Shown: piece after piece, positions 45,188-54,464 of the stretch
How positions within the stretch are numbered: position 1 is the stretch's first letter
How the letters are laid out: every line of letters begins with the position of its first letter
NCBI GenBank assembly: GCA_050329555.1
Contig: JBHJOQ010000025.1
Coordinates: 7-64,006, forward strand
DNA length: 64,000 bases
Source of the DNA: Acidimicrobiia bacterium
GTDB lineage: Bacteria; Actinomycetota; Acidimicrobiia; Spongiisociales; ZC4RG35
Reading direction: 5' to 3'
Program-made: the position numbers and the translations under genes
Notes under the pieces: model-generated
What the model saw: only the letters and a program-made list of their open reading frames with translations
Database searches by the model: none
What the model was told of the DNA's origin: nothing

Positions 45188-47716
45188 TTATGCGTCTTCC
45201 AGCACCACCGCCACGGCGAACTCCCCGACCTCGTAGTCAACCCCGGTTCCCCGTGCCGCCTCGAGCAGGTCTCCCTCCGCGGCCTGCAGTGCGCCGATGT
45301 CCTCCCGGGACGCCGTGACTTGAAGGGAGGCGACCCCGGTGCGCATCGAGGTCCTGGCTTCCGACTTGGCCCTGCGCACCGCAGTGAGGACATCGCTCGT
45401 CGCCGCCAGCACCCGCGCGTCGCCGGTGAGCCCGGCAAACTCCTCAGGGGAAGGCCAGTGAGCGCGGTGAACCGAGCCCTCCCGCCACCACGACCAGACC
45501 TCTTCGGTGACAAAAGGCAGGAATGGCGCGAACAGCCGGAGATAGACACTCAACGAGAGCTGCAGTGCGGCGTGCGCCGAGGCGGTATCCCCGCCTTCGC
45601 CGTAGGCACGGCCCTTGACCAGCTCCAGGTAGTCGTCGGTCCACGGCCAGAAGGAGGACTCCGCAACTTCGAGGGCACGGGCGTAGTCGAACTTCTCGAA
45701 GGCGGCTGTCGCCCGGTCCACGACGTCGCTGAGCCCGGCAAGCATCGAGCGGTCGATCGGCTCCGTGATTGCTACGGGGTCGGCATCGTCTCCGAATCCG
45801 AGGACAAACCGGGAGGCGTTGAGGATTTTCACGGCAAGTCGCCGACCGATCTTCATCACCCCGAAGTCGACGGCAGTGTCGGTGCCGGGCCGGCCGTTGC
45901 ATGCCCAGTAGCGCACCGCCTCCGACCCGTACTCTTCGATCAGGGGGATCGGGGTGACCACGTTGCCGATCGACTTGGACATCTTCTTGCGGTCGGGGTC
46001 GAGGATCCAGCCGTTGATGGTGGCGTGGTTCCAGGGCAGTTGATCGTGCTCGTAATACGACCGGAGCAAGGTGGAGAACAACCAGGTCCTGATGATCTCG
46101 GGACCCTGCGGCCGGATGTCCATGGGAAAGACCCGTGCGAACAGATCCGGGTCGTCGTCCCAGTGGCCGGCGATCTGCGGTGTCAGCGAGGATGTCGCCC
46201 AGGTGTCCATGATGTCGCGATCACCGAGGAAACCACCGGGCTGGCCCCGCTGCTCCTCGCTGAATCCCGACGGCGCCTGCGAGGTGGGGTCGACCGGCAG
46301 CGAGTTCTCGTCGGGGACGATGACCCGGTCGTAGTCGGGAATGCCCTGGTCATCGAGGTGGTACCACACCGGGATCGGCACTCCAAAGAATCTCTGACGG
46401 GAGATCAACCAGTCCCCGTTCAGGCCCTCGACCCAGTGCTTGAAGCGGACTCCCATGAAATCGGGCACCCAGTCGAGACGCTCACCAAGCTCGAGGAGCT
46501 GCTTGCGCAGATCGTCCTCGCGGCCACCATTGCGGATGTACCACTGGCGGCTGGAGACGATCTCAAGGGGACGGTCGCCTTTCTCGTAGAACTTGACCGG
46601 GTGGCTCACCTGCTTGAGCTCGCCTTCGAGGTCGCCTGACTCCTCGAGAAGGCCAGCCATGGCCTTGCGCACCTGGTTCGGGTAGAGGCCGGCGATCTGT
46701 TCGTAGACCGCCCTTCCTGCTTCGGTCTCGATCCATTCCGGGACTTCGGCCTGGAAGCGTCCGTTCTGTTGGATCACGGCCCGTGTCGGCAGGTCGAGTT
46801 CCCGCCACCAGGTGACATCTGTCGTGTCTCCCCAGGTACAGATCATTGCAATACCGCTCCCCTTGTCGGGCTCGGCAAGCTCATGGGCAACAACCGGCAA
46901 CTCGACGCCGAACAGCGGCGAAGTGACCGTGGAGCCGAACAAACCCTGGTAGCGGTCGTCGTCGGGGTGGGCAACGAGGGCCACACAGGAACAGACGAGC
47001 TCGGGGCGGGTGGTCTCGATGAACACCTTCTCCCCGTCGGGGCGGTGGAAAGCAACCCGGTGATAGGTGCCGGGCCTCTCCCTGTCCTCCAGCTCCGCCT
47101 GGGCCACCGCAGTCTTGAAGTCGACATCCCACAGAACCGGGGCATCCTGGGTGTATGCCTCGCCCCGCTCGAGGTTGGCGAGGAAAGCCTTCTGGCTGGT
47201 CCGCTGGCTGTGATCGTCGATCGTGGCGTAGCTCTGGGTCCAGTCGACCGAGAGCCCGAGGGTCCGCCACAGGTGCTCGAACACTTTCTCGTCCTCTTCG
47301 GTGAGGCCGTGGCAGAGGGCGATGAAGTTGCGCCGGCTTATCGAAATCGGCGGTTCAGGCGGTTCCGCAGGCGCAGCGAAGTCGGGGTCGTAGGAAAGCG
47401 AGGGATCACAACGCACCCCGAAGAAGTTCTGCACCCTTCGCTCGGTGGGCAGGCCGTTGTCGTCCCATCCCATCGGGTAGAAGACCTCTTTGCCTGCCAT
47501 CCGCTGGTAGCGGGCGACTGAGTCGGTCTGGACATATCCGAAGACAGACCCCATGTGCAGCGACCCCGACACCGTCGGCGGCGGGGTGTCGATGGCGAAG
47601 ATCTCATCGCGTGTCTTGGAACGGTCGAAGCGGAAGGTGCCGTCTGACTCCCAGTGGGAATCCCACTTTCCTTCGAGGCCTTCCAGACCTGGCTTTTCGG
47701 GTATGTTTCGGGTCAT
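45188..47716 (-). CDS. valS: valine--tRNA ligase
   Basis: 842 aa class I aaRS. IDTPPPTVSGSLHMGSVFGY (ValRS-type HIGH region), editing domain, and KMSKS (KKMSKSIGNVV). Confidence 0.85.
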   Translation of the reverse strand: MTRNIPEKPGLEGLEGKWDSHWESDGTFRFDRSKTRDEIFAIDTPPPTVSGSLHMGSVFGYVQTDSVARYQRMAGKEVFYPMGWDDNGLPTERRVQNFFGVRCDPSLSYDPDFAAPAEPPEPPISISRRNFIALCHGLTEEDEKVFEHLWRTLGLSVDWTQSYATIDDHSQRTSQKAFLANLERGEAYTQDAPVLWDVDFKTAVAQAELEDRERPGTYHRVAFHRPDGEKVFIETTRPELVCSCVALVAHPDDDRYQGLFGSTVTSPLFGVELPVVAHELAEPDKGSGIAMICTWGDTTDVTWWRELDLPTRAVIQQNGRFQAEVPEWIETEAGRAVYEQIAGLYPNQVRKAMAGLLEESGDLEGELKQVSHPVKFYEKGDRPLEIVSSRQWYIRNGGREDDLRKQLLELGERLDWVPDFMGVRFKHWVEGLNGDWLISRQRFFGVPIPVWYHLDDQGIPDYDRVIVPDENSLPVDPTSQAPSGFSEEQRGQPGGFLGDRDIMDTWATSSLTPQIAGHWDDDPDLFARVFPMDIRPQGPEIIRTWLFSTLLRSYYEHDQLPWNHATINGWILDPDRKKMSKSIGNVVTPIPLIEEYGSEAVRYWACNGRPGTDTAVDFGVMKIGRRLAVKILNASRFVLGFGDDADPVAITEPIDRSMLAGLSDVVDRATAAFEKFDYARALEVAESSFWPWTDDYLELVKGRAYGEGGDTASAHAALQLSLSVYLRLFAPFLPFVTEEVWSWWREGSVHRAHWPSPEEFAGLTGDARVLAATSDVLTAVRRAKSEARTSMRTGVASLQVTASREDIGALQAAEGDLLEAARGTGVDYEVGEFAVAVVLEDA

Positions 47717-47804
47717 TGAAGGGTCAAGGGTAACGGTCTTCCCGGCCGGATCGGTATCCCATCATTTGGTTACCCGTCGGGTTTGGGTTACTGTGTCGTT
47801 TCAC

Positions 47805-47858
47805 ATGACCGCCCTGTTTGTCTCGCTGCATCATCACCACCCCTCGCGGGTCGGTTGA
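47805..47858 (+). CDS. his operon leader peptide (MTALFVSLHHHHPSRVG)
   Basis: 17-codon ORF with four consecutive His codons (CAT CAT CAC CAC, 47829-47840). It lies 99 nt upstream of hisG and is followed by an intrinsic terminator. Confidence 0.6.
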   Translation: MTALFVSLHHHHPSRVG

Positions 47859-47893
47859 TGCTGCTCTGAACCACAAACAGACATAAAGCACAC

Positions 47894-47924
47894 GCCGACC
47901 GGGATGGTCGGCATTTTTGTTTCT
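47894..47924 (+). terminator. attenuator terminator upstream of hisG
   Basis: GCCGACC-GGGAT-GGTCGGC followed by ATTTTTGTTTCT. It sits between the leader ORF and the hisG start (47957). Confidence 0.65.
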
Positions 47925-47956
47925 GCTGGCCAATCCCTTCCTCGAAAGGCCACGAA

Positions 47957-48823
47957 ATGAGCAGCAACGACCAGATCCACCTCGCAGTCCCCAAGGGGCG
48001 CATCCAGCAAGGCGTCTTCGCCCTGCTCGCCGACGCCGGCATGGAGCTGCAGGCGGGCAACCGCGGCTACCGGCCGACGCTGTCGATCCCGGGATATGAG
48101 GTGAAGCTGCTCAAGCCGCAGAACATTGTCGAGATGTTGATGGCTGGATCGCGGGACATCGGTTTTGCGGGGGCCGACTGGGTCTCCGAGCTCGACGGGG
48201 ACTTGATCGAGCTGCTCGACACCGGGCTCGACCCGGTGCGGATCGTCGCCGCGGCTCCCTCCGAGTTGCTCGAGTCCGGCAAGCTCCCCCTGCGTCAGAT
48301 GGTGGTCGCCAGCGAGTACGAGCAGTTGACCAAACGCTGGATCGAGCGGAACGATCTGGACGCAGTGTTTCTGCGCTCCTACGGAGCCACCGAAGTTTTC
48401 CCACCCGAGGACGCCGATGTGATCATCGACAACACAGCCACCGGATCGACCCTGGCCTCCAACGGGCTGGAGGTAATCGACGAGCTGATGCAGTCGTCCA
48501 CCCGCCTCTACGCAAGCAAAGGCGCCCTCGACCGCCCCGGTGCCAAGACCCGGATCGAGAGCCTCATCATCTCGTTGAAATCGGTGCTCGACGCCCGGAC
48601 CCGGGCCATGATCGAGCTCAACGTCCCCAACGAGTTCCTTGAAGCCGTCATCGAGATCCTTCCCAGAATGAGGGAGCCCACAGTCGCCCCCCTGCACGGC
48701 GATCAAGGGATGGCGGTCAAGGCTGCAGTCCCCCGGCTGGCACTCCCCGACCTCATCCCCCTCCTCAAGGAGCGTGGCGCCACTGACATCGTCGTCAGCC
48801 GCCTGGAGCAGATCGTCCCATGA
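47957..48823 (+). CDS. hisG: ATP phosphoribosyltransferase (long form)
   Basis: 288 aa. The N-terminus LAVPKGRIQ and overall HisG pattern support the call. RBS GAAAGG. Confidence 0.9.
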   Translation: MSSNDQIHLAVPKGRIQQGVFALLADAGMELQAGNRGYRPTLSIPGYEVKLLKPQNIVEMLMAGSRDIGFAGADWVSELDGDLIELLDTGLDPVRIVAAAPSELLESGKLPLRQMVVASEYEQLTKRWIERNDLDAVFLRSYGATEVFPPEDADVIIDNTATGSTLASNGLEVIDELMQSSTRLYASKGALDRPGAKTRIESLIISLKSVLDARTRAMIELNVPNEFLEAVIEILPRMREPTVAPLHGDQGMAVKAAVPRLALPDLIPLLKERGATDIVVSRLEQIVP

Positions 48824-49848
48824 TCGAGCCGTACCAACCCCCCGCCGTCGGCAACGACATCGACCTCGACCTCTCCCGAAACGAGGGCAGGCCGGTCGAT
48901 CCCGAACTGCACGCCAGGGTGGCCACCACGGCAGGTATTGCTCACCGCTACCCGGACACGTCGGAACTGCGCGACGCCATTGCCGAACTGCGCGGGGTGA
49001 ATCCGGAGAGGGTCCTGATCACTGCCGGAGGTGACGACGCCCTCTTCCGCAGCTGCGCAGCCCTCATCATGGCCGGGACCCGGGTGGTGACCACAACTCC
49101 CACCTTCGAGATGGTGACACGCTACTCCGGCCTCCACCAGCCCGACCTGGTCGAAGTGCCGTGGAAGGACGAGCGCTTTCCTCTCGGAGCGGTAACCACC
49201 GCCGGAGCTGAAGGAGCGGTGTGCATCGTGGTCTCTCCGAACAATCCGACAGGTGAGGTGATCGACGCCGCCGACCTGACCGTTCTGGCCGCTGCCTTCG
49301 AGTTCGTTGTGCTCGACGGGGCCTACACCGAGTTCGCCGATGTCGACCTCACGGCCACCGCCCTCTCCCTCGCCAACGTGTTGATGATCCGCACCCTGTC
49401 CAAGGCCTGGGGCCTGGCCGGGCTCCGGGTCGGATACCTGCTCGGCGAGCCGACCACGGTCAAACGGATTGCCGCCTACGGGAACCCGTACCCGGTCGCG
49501 CGGATCTCCCTGGCCGTCGCCGCCGAGCGCATCCGCTCCAACGACGGTGTCGACGCCTATGTGGCCGAAGTGAAACGGGAACGGAGCGATCTGACCGGGT
49601 TCCTCCAGAGCAGGGGCCTCTTGCCGATTCCATCCCGGGCCAACTTCGTCTACTTCGACGATGCGGACCCACAACGGATTGCCGCAGAGCTTGCCGCCGC
49701 CGGGATCGCCATACGTACCTTCCCGGAACGGAGCGGCCTCGAAGAGGCAGTCCGGGTCACGCTTCCGGGCGACGCCGATGAATACGACCGACTTGTCGAT
49801 GCACTGGCTTCGGCACTCAAAACGAAAGCGATGGAGTTGAACCCATGA
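48820..49848 (+). CDS. hisC: histidinol-phosphate aminotransferase
   Basis: 342 aa class II aminotransferase with the PLP lysine context RTLSKAWGLAGLRVGY. ATGA overlap with hisG. Confidence 0.85.
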   Translation: MIEPYQPPAVGNDIDLDLSRNEGRPVDPELHARVATTAGIAHRYPDTSELRDAIAELRGVNPERVLITAGGDDALFRSCAALIMAGTRVVTTTPTFEMVTRYSGLHQPDLVEVPWKDERFPLGAVTTAGAEGAVCIVVSPNNPTGEVIDAADLTVLAAAFEFVVLDGAYTEFADVDLTATALSLANVLMIRTLSKAWGLAGLRVGYLLGEPTTVKRIAAYGNPYPVARISLAVAAERIRSNDGVDAYVAEVKRERSDLTGFLQSRGLLPIPSRANFVYFDDADPQRIAAELAAAGIAIRTFPERSGLEEAVRVTLPGDADEYDRLVDALASALKTKAMELNP

Positions 49849-50429
49849 GCAGGAGACAAAAACTGAGCCGCAAGACCCTGGAGGTCGAGATCACTGGAAC
49901 TCTCGACCTCGACGGGACCGGGACATCGAAGGTTGACACCGGGCTCGGGTTCCTCGACCACATGCTCGCCGCCCTGTCGAAGCACTCCGGCATCGATCTC
50001 GAGATCACGGCGCGGGGTGACACCGGAGTCGACGACCACCACACCGTTGAAGACTGTGCCATCACCATCGCTGAAGCCTTCGACCGTGCCCTCGGCGACC
50101 GGGCGGGAATTGTCCGTTTCGGCAGCGCTTATGCGCCTCTAGACGAGACGCTGGCCCGTGCCGTGGTCGACCTCTCGGGACGCGGGTGGCCCGAGGTGAG
50201 CCTCGACTTCACACGGGAAAGGATCGGCGATGTCGCCACCGAGAACATCACTCACTTCTTCCGCTCGCTCGCCATCAGCGGGCGCATGGCCCTGCACGTC
50301 GACGTGCTCCGCGGCGACAACGACCACCACAAGGCGGAGGCATCGTTCAAGGCAACCGCACTTGCCCTCCGCATGGCTATCGCCAGGAGCGGGGCCGGCG
50401 GGGTGCCCAGCACAAAGGGAGTCCTGTGA
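49845..50429 (+). CDS. hisB: imidazoleglycerol-phosphate dehydratase
   Basis: 194 aa with TGLGFLDHML and DDHHTVED motifs. ATGA overlap with hisC. Confidence 0.92.
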   Translation: MSRRQKLSRKTLEVEITGTLDLDGTGTSKVDTGLGFLDHMLAALSKHSGIDLEITARGDTGVDDHHTVEDCAITIAEAFDRALGDRAGIVRFGSAYAPLDETLARAVVDLSGRGWPEVSLDFTRERIGDVATENITHFFRSLAISGRMALHVDVLRGDNDHHKAEASFKATALALRMAIARSGAGGVPSTKGVL

Positions 50430-51037
50430 CAGGCCGGAATGTGATTATTCCCACCGGCACGGCAAACCTGGCCTCGGTGCTGGCTGCCTTCCGCAGGCTT
50501 GGCGTCGATCTCTCACCGGCGCAGACGGCTGACCAAGTGGACGCCGCCGACAGGGTGGTTCTCCCCGGGGTGGGCACGTTCGGCGCAGCAGCGGATCGAC
50601 TCGACGAATTTGGCCTTACCGACGTCCTCCGCGGTCGGGTTGCCGCGGGGCTGCCGACCCTTGCGGTCTGCGTCGGGATGCAATTCCTCGCCTCGTCCAG
50701 CGAAGAGTCTCCAGGTGCCGCCGGCCTCGGAGCGGTCGAGGGGTCGATTTCCCGTTTCGACGAAGACCTGATCGTCCCCCAGCTTGCCTGGAGTCAGGTG
50801 ATGCCGGATCCGGCTTCGCGCCTCGTCGAGCCGGGATGGGCATATTTTGCCAATTCCTACAGGCTGACAGAAGCACCGGACGGCTGGGCAAGCTCCACCG
50901 CAACCTACGGGAAGCCGTTTGTGGCGGCCCTGGAGCGCGACGGTGTACTCGCCTGTCAGTTTCATCCGGAGTTGTCCGGCCAGTGGGGGTCCGACCTCCT
51001 GCGACGGTGGCTCGATGCCACCGGGGACGCGGCGTGA
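50426..51037 (+). CDS. hisH: imidazole glycerol phosphate synthase, glutamine amidotransferase subunit
   Basis: GTG 50426 (GTGA overlap with hisB). Class I GATase pattern with catalytic Cys (LAVCVGMQ) and FHPE. Confidence 0.88.
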   Translation: MTGRNVIIPTGTANLASVLAAFRRLGVDLSPAQTADQVDAADRVVLPGVGTFGAAADRLDEFGLTDVLRGRVAAGLPTLAVCVGMQFLASSSEESPGAAGLGAVEGSISRFDEDLIVPQLAWSQVMPDPASRLVEPGWAYFANSYRLTEAPDGWASSTATYGKPFVAALERDGVLACQFHPELSGQWGSDLLRRWLDATGDAA

Positions 51038-51792
51038 GGCCGGTCACCAGGGTGGTCCCCTGTCTCGACATCCGCGACGGGCGAATCGTCAAAGGCGTCA
51101 AGTTCCAGAACCTGACCGACATGGGCGACCCGGCAACCCGCGCTGAGCTCTATCAGGACCAGGGGGCCGACGAAATCGTGCTCCTCGACGTCTCTGCCAC
51201 TCCCGAGGGTCGCGCCCACAGCCTGGCTACGGTGCGCCGGGTTCGGGACCGTCTCTCCATCCCGCTCACCGTCGGCGGAGGTGTGCGGACAGGCGATGAC
51301 GCAGCGCGGCTGCTCGACGCCGGCGCGGACAAGGTCGGGATCAACACTGCGGCTGTTGCCCGCCCCGGGCTGATCAACGAGATGGCGGACCGTTTCGGCT
51401 CGCAGTGCACCGTGCTCGCAATCGATGCCGCCCGCAACGATGCGGGCTGGTCGGTGGTGGTGCGCAGCGGGACCGAGTCCACTCCTCTGGGTGCAGCCGC
51501 CTGGGCGGCCACGGCCACCGAGTCGGGAGCCGGCGAGATCCTGCTCACCAGCTGGGACCGCGACGGGACCAACCTCGGCTACGACCTCGAACTGGTCTCG
51601 GCGGTTTCCAGCCGGGTCACGGTGCCGGTGATCGCCTCCGGTGGAGCGGCAGATTCGTCCGACCTGATCGACGGGGTGAACGCCGGCGCATCTGCGGTCT
51701 TGGTCGCTTCGATGCTCCACACCAACCGGACCACCGTCGACCGGATCAAAACTGAGATGCTCGAAGGCGGGATCGAGGTGCGGCCATGTTGA
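51034..51792 (+). CDS. hisF: imidazole glycerol phosphate synthase, cyclase subunit
   Basis: GTG 51034 (GTGA overlap with hisH). RVVPCLDIRDGRIVKGVKF and DEIVLLD are typical HisF motifs. Confidence 0.9.
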   Translation: MRPVTRVVPCLDIRDGRIVKGVKFQNLTDMGDPATRAELYQDQGADEIVLLDVSATPEGRAHSLATVRRVRDRLSIPLTVGGGVRTGDDAARLLDAGADKVGINTAAVARPGLINEMADRFGSQCTVLAIDAARNDAGWSVVVRSGTESTPLGAAAWAATATESGAGEILLTSWDRDGTNLGYDLELVSAVSSRVTVPVIASGGAADSSDLIDGVNAGASAVLVASMLHTNRTTVDRIKTEMLEGGIEVRPC

Positions 51793-53045
51793 TCCCGTCA
51801 ATCGATATCGTCGACGGCAGGGCAGTACAGCTGATCGGCGGCGAAGAGGAGCGTATCGATGGTGGCAACCCCTTCGCCTGGCTGGAGCGTCTTTCCAGGT
51901 GCGGCGAGGTGGCGGTTGTTGACATCGATGCCGCCCGCGGCGACGGCGACAACGCCACACTCATCTCCGAGATGTGCCGCCTCGCCGATATCCGGGTTGG
52001 TGGGGGCATCAGAGATCTGGATACTGCTCGTGACTGGCTCGACCGTGGCGCCGCCCGCGTGGTGATCGGCACCGCCGCCGAGCCGGAGCTGCTCTCGGCA
52101 CTGCCCCGCGACCGGGTCATCGCTGCCATCGACTCCCGCCACAGCTCGGTGCTCTCCCACGGCTGGCGCCAGGACACGGGTGACAGCCTGCTCGACCGCG
52201 TCACCCAACTTGGCCCGCACTGTGGCGGGATCCTGGTCACCTTCGTCGAGCTCGAGGGTCGTCTCGGCGGCACCGACCTAACCCGGGCCCGGTCGGTCGT
52301 TGAAGCCGCTCCGGGCACGAGGATCACCGTCGCCGGGGGAATCACCACGGCTGCGGAGATCGCCGCACTTGACGAGATCGGAGCCGACGCCCAGGTGGGC
52401 ATGGCCCTGTACGCCGGGGAGCTCGGTCTTGCCGAATCCCTGACCGCTCCGATGCGCTCGGACCGGCGCGATGATCTCTGGCCGACGGTCGTCGTCGACG
52501 AAGCCGGAACTGCCCTCGGCCTCGTCTACTCCAGCCTCGACAGCGTCGCTGCCACCCTCGAATCCGGAGCCGGCGTCTACCAGAGCCGCAAGCGCGGGCT
52601 ATGGGAGAAGGGCGCGACTTCGGGAGCTGGCCAGAAAGTTGTCAAGATCGACCTCGACTGTGACCGCGATACCCTCCGCTTCACTGTTCGGCAGTCACCC
52701 CCGGGCTTCTGTCACACCGGGTCGATGTCGTGCTGGGGCGAGGACCGCGGGCTGAGCAGGCTGGGACGACGTCTTGCCGCTCTCGCCGCCGACCCGCCCG
52801 ATGCTTCCAATACCGCGAAACTGTTGGAAGATCCGGTCCTGCTGGCGGCGAAGCTGACCGAGGAGTCCGGGGAACTGGCTCGGGCATCTTCTCCCGAAGA
52901 TGTAGTCCACGAGGCGGCTGACCTCATCTACTTCGCCCTGGTCAAGGCGGCATCGGCGGGTGTGGGCGTGAGCCAGATCGAAGCCGAGCTCGACCTTCGG
53001 GAGCGCCGGGTCACCCGCCGTCCCATGGAGAGGAGCGGCCAATGA
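51786..53045 (+). CDS. hisA: tri-domain fusion HisA (ProFAR isomerase) - HisI (PR-AMP cyclohydrolase) - HisE (PR-ATP pyrophosphatase)
   Basis: Residues 1 to about 215 are HisA-like (MLIPSIDIVDGRAVQL...VGGGI...AGGI). The middle region carries the HisI Zn site (DLDCDRDTLRFTVRQSPPGFCHTGSMSCWG). The C-terminus is HisE-like (KLTEESGELA...EAADLIYFALV). Confidence 0.8.
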   Translation: MLIPSIDIVDGRAVQLIGGEEERIDGGNPFAWLERLSRCGEVAVVDIDAARGDGDNATLISEMCRLADIRVGGGIRDLDTARDWLDRGAARVVIGTAAEPELLSALPRDRVIAAIDSRHSSVLSHGWRQDTGDSLLDRVTQLGPHCGGILVTFVELEGRLGGTDLTRARSVVEAAPGTRITVAGGITTAAEIAALDEIGADAQVGMALYAGELGLAESLTAPMRSDRRDDLWPTVVVDEAGTALGLVYSSLDSVAATLESGAGVYQSRKRGLWEKGATSGAGQKVVKIDLDCDRDTLRFTVRQSPPGFCHTGSMSCWGEDRGLSRLGRRLAALAADPPDASNTAKLLEDPVLLAAKLTEESGELARASSPEDVVHEAADLIYFALVKAASAGVGVSQIEAELDLRERRVTRRPMERSGQ

Positions 53046-54310
53046 GCGGCCCGCTACCGGTGAAGGCGGCGACCGATGTCATCCGTGAGCACCGCTCACC
53101 GGTGTCCGGGGAGATCCTGGGGCAGGCGGCGGATATCGTCGAAACCGTCCGCTCCGAAGGCGAAGACGCCCTCCGCCGCTACTCGGAGGGCTTCGGGGAC
53201 ATCGGAGAAGGCCAGGCAATAGTCCTCGACCGATCCGCCTTGCGGGGCGCTGTCGACGACATCGACGGTGAGACCGGCGACCTGCTGGAACGCATTGCAG
53301 ACCGGGTGCGAAATTTCGCCACGGCCCAGCTCGGTGCCCTGGTGGCAATCGACGTCGCTGTTGACGGCGGCCGGGCCGGCCACAGCCTCAACCCGGTTCG
53401 CAGCGTCGGGGCATACGCCCCGGGGGGAAGGCACCCGCTCCCCTCGTCGGTGCTGATGACGGTCATCCCGGCCCGGGTCGCTGGGGTGGAACAGGTCTGG
53501 GTGGCTTCACCGAGGCCAACACCGGTCACCCTCGCCGCGGCGGGAATCGCCGGTGCCGATGGGCTGATCACAATTGGTGGGGCCCAGGCGATTGCGGCGC
53601 TCGCCTTCGGGACCGTCTCGCCGGCCTGCGACATGGTGGTCGGGCCGGGTAATGCCTGGGTGACCGCGGCCAAGAAGCACCTCTACGGCGAGATCGGGAT
53701 CGACGGGCTCGCCGGCCCGTCGGAGATCGTCGTCATCGCCGATCGCGACGCCGACCCGGCCCTGGTCGCCGCCGACCTCCTCGCCCAGGCCGAGCACGAC
53801 CCGTCGGCCCAGCCGATGCTGATTGCGACCGATGCCGCACTTCTCGATGCGGTCCAGCTCGAACTGACTCAACAGCTCGAAGACCTTCCCACTGCTTCTG
53901 TGGCACGGTCCGCCCTCTCCCGAGGGTTTGCGGTGGCGGTCGATTCGGTCGATGACGCAGCCTCCATCTCGGAGCACCTCGCCCCCGAGCATCTCGCCCT
54001 CCATGTGGCCGATCCCGAAGAGGTATCGAGACAGCTCACCGCGTACGGGTCGCTGTTCATCGGAGATGCCAGCGCCGAAGCGCTCGCTGACTACGGAGTA
54101 GGCCCCAACCACGTCCTCCCCACCGGTGGTGGAGCGAGGTTCCAGTCCGGGCTTTCAGTGTTCACTTTCCTCCGCACCCCGACCTGGCTCCGCATCGACA
54201 ACGCCAGCACCACCGCGTCCGACGCCGCCCTCCTCGCCCGCCTGGAGGGCCTCGAAGCCCACGCCCGCGCCGCGCTCAGGCGAAGCGACGTGTTCAGAAC
54301 CGTTCTGTGA
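53042..54310 (+). CDS. hisD: histidinol dehydrogenase
   Basis: 422 aa. AGPSEIVVIAD, AQAEHD and GVGPNHVLPTGG motifs. ATGA overlap with the upstream gene. Confidence 0.92.
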   Translation: MSGPLPVKAATDVIREHRSPVSGEILGQAADIVETVRSEGEDALRRYSEGFGDIGEGQAIVLDRSALRGAVDDIDGETGDLLERIADRVRNFATAQLGALVAIDVAVDGGRAGHSLNPVRSVGAYAPGGRHPLPSSVLMTVIPARVAGVEQVWVASPRPTPVTLAAAGIAGADGLITIGGAQAIAALAFGTVSPACDMVVGPGNAWVTAAKKHLYGEIGIDGLAGPSEIVVIADRDADPALVAADLLAQAEHDPSAQPMLIATDAALLDAVQLELTQQLEDLPTASVARSALSRGFAVAVDSVDDAASISEHLAPEHLALHVADPEEVSRQLTAYGSLFIGDASAEALADYGVGPNHVLPTGGGARFQSGLSVFTFLRTPTWLRIDNASTTASDAALLARLEGLEAHARAALRRSDVFRTVL

Positions 54311-54464
54311 GTGTCCAGACACACTGGATGTGGGTGGTCTCAACTGGTGAGCGCGACGTTGTGACCTGAAGGAGGGTTATGGGACGTCCGAAGACACCGT
54401 GGGATCAGGCGTCTTGGGCCAGCAGATGCACGACGGACCGAAGGTTCGAACCACCTTCGCTTAG

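Noticed and set aside
47717-47800. T-box leader for valS, because of the inverted repeat GGGTAAC ... GTTACCC and palindrome CCGGCCGG
   Set aside because: No T-box sequence (AAnnnGGGTGGTACCGCG-like) or specifier-loop architecture is visible on the minus strand. The space is shared with the his promoter and leader.
54439-54459. tRNA-like GGTTCGAACC element (CGAAGGT-TCGAACC-ACCTTCG) between hisD and icmF, considered as a tRNA or tRNA fragment / att site
   Set aside because: The stem is 7 bp, not the 5 bp of a T-arm. No acceptor, D or anticodon arms can be built from the flanks. It is most simply a terminator hairpin for the convergent genes.
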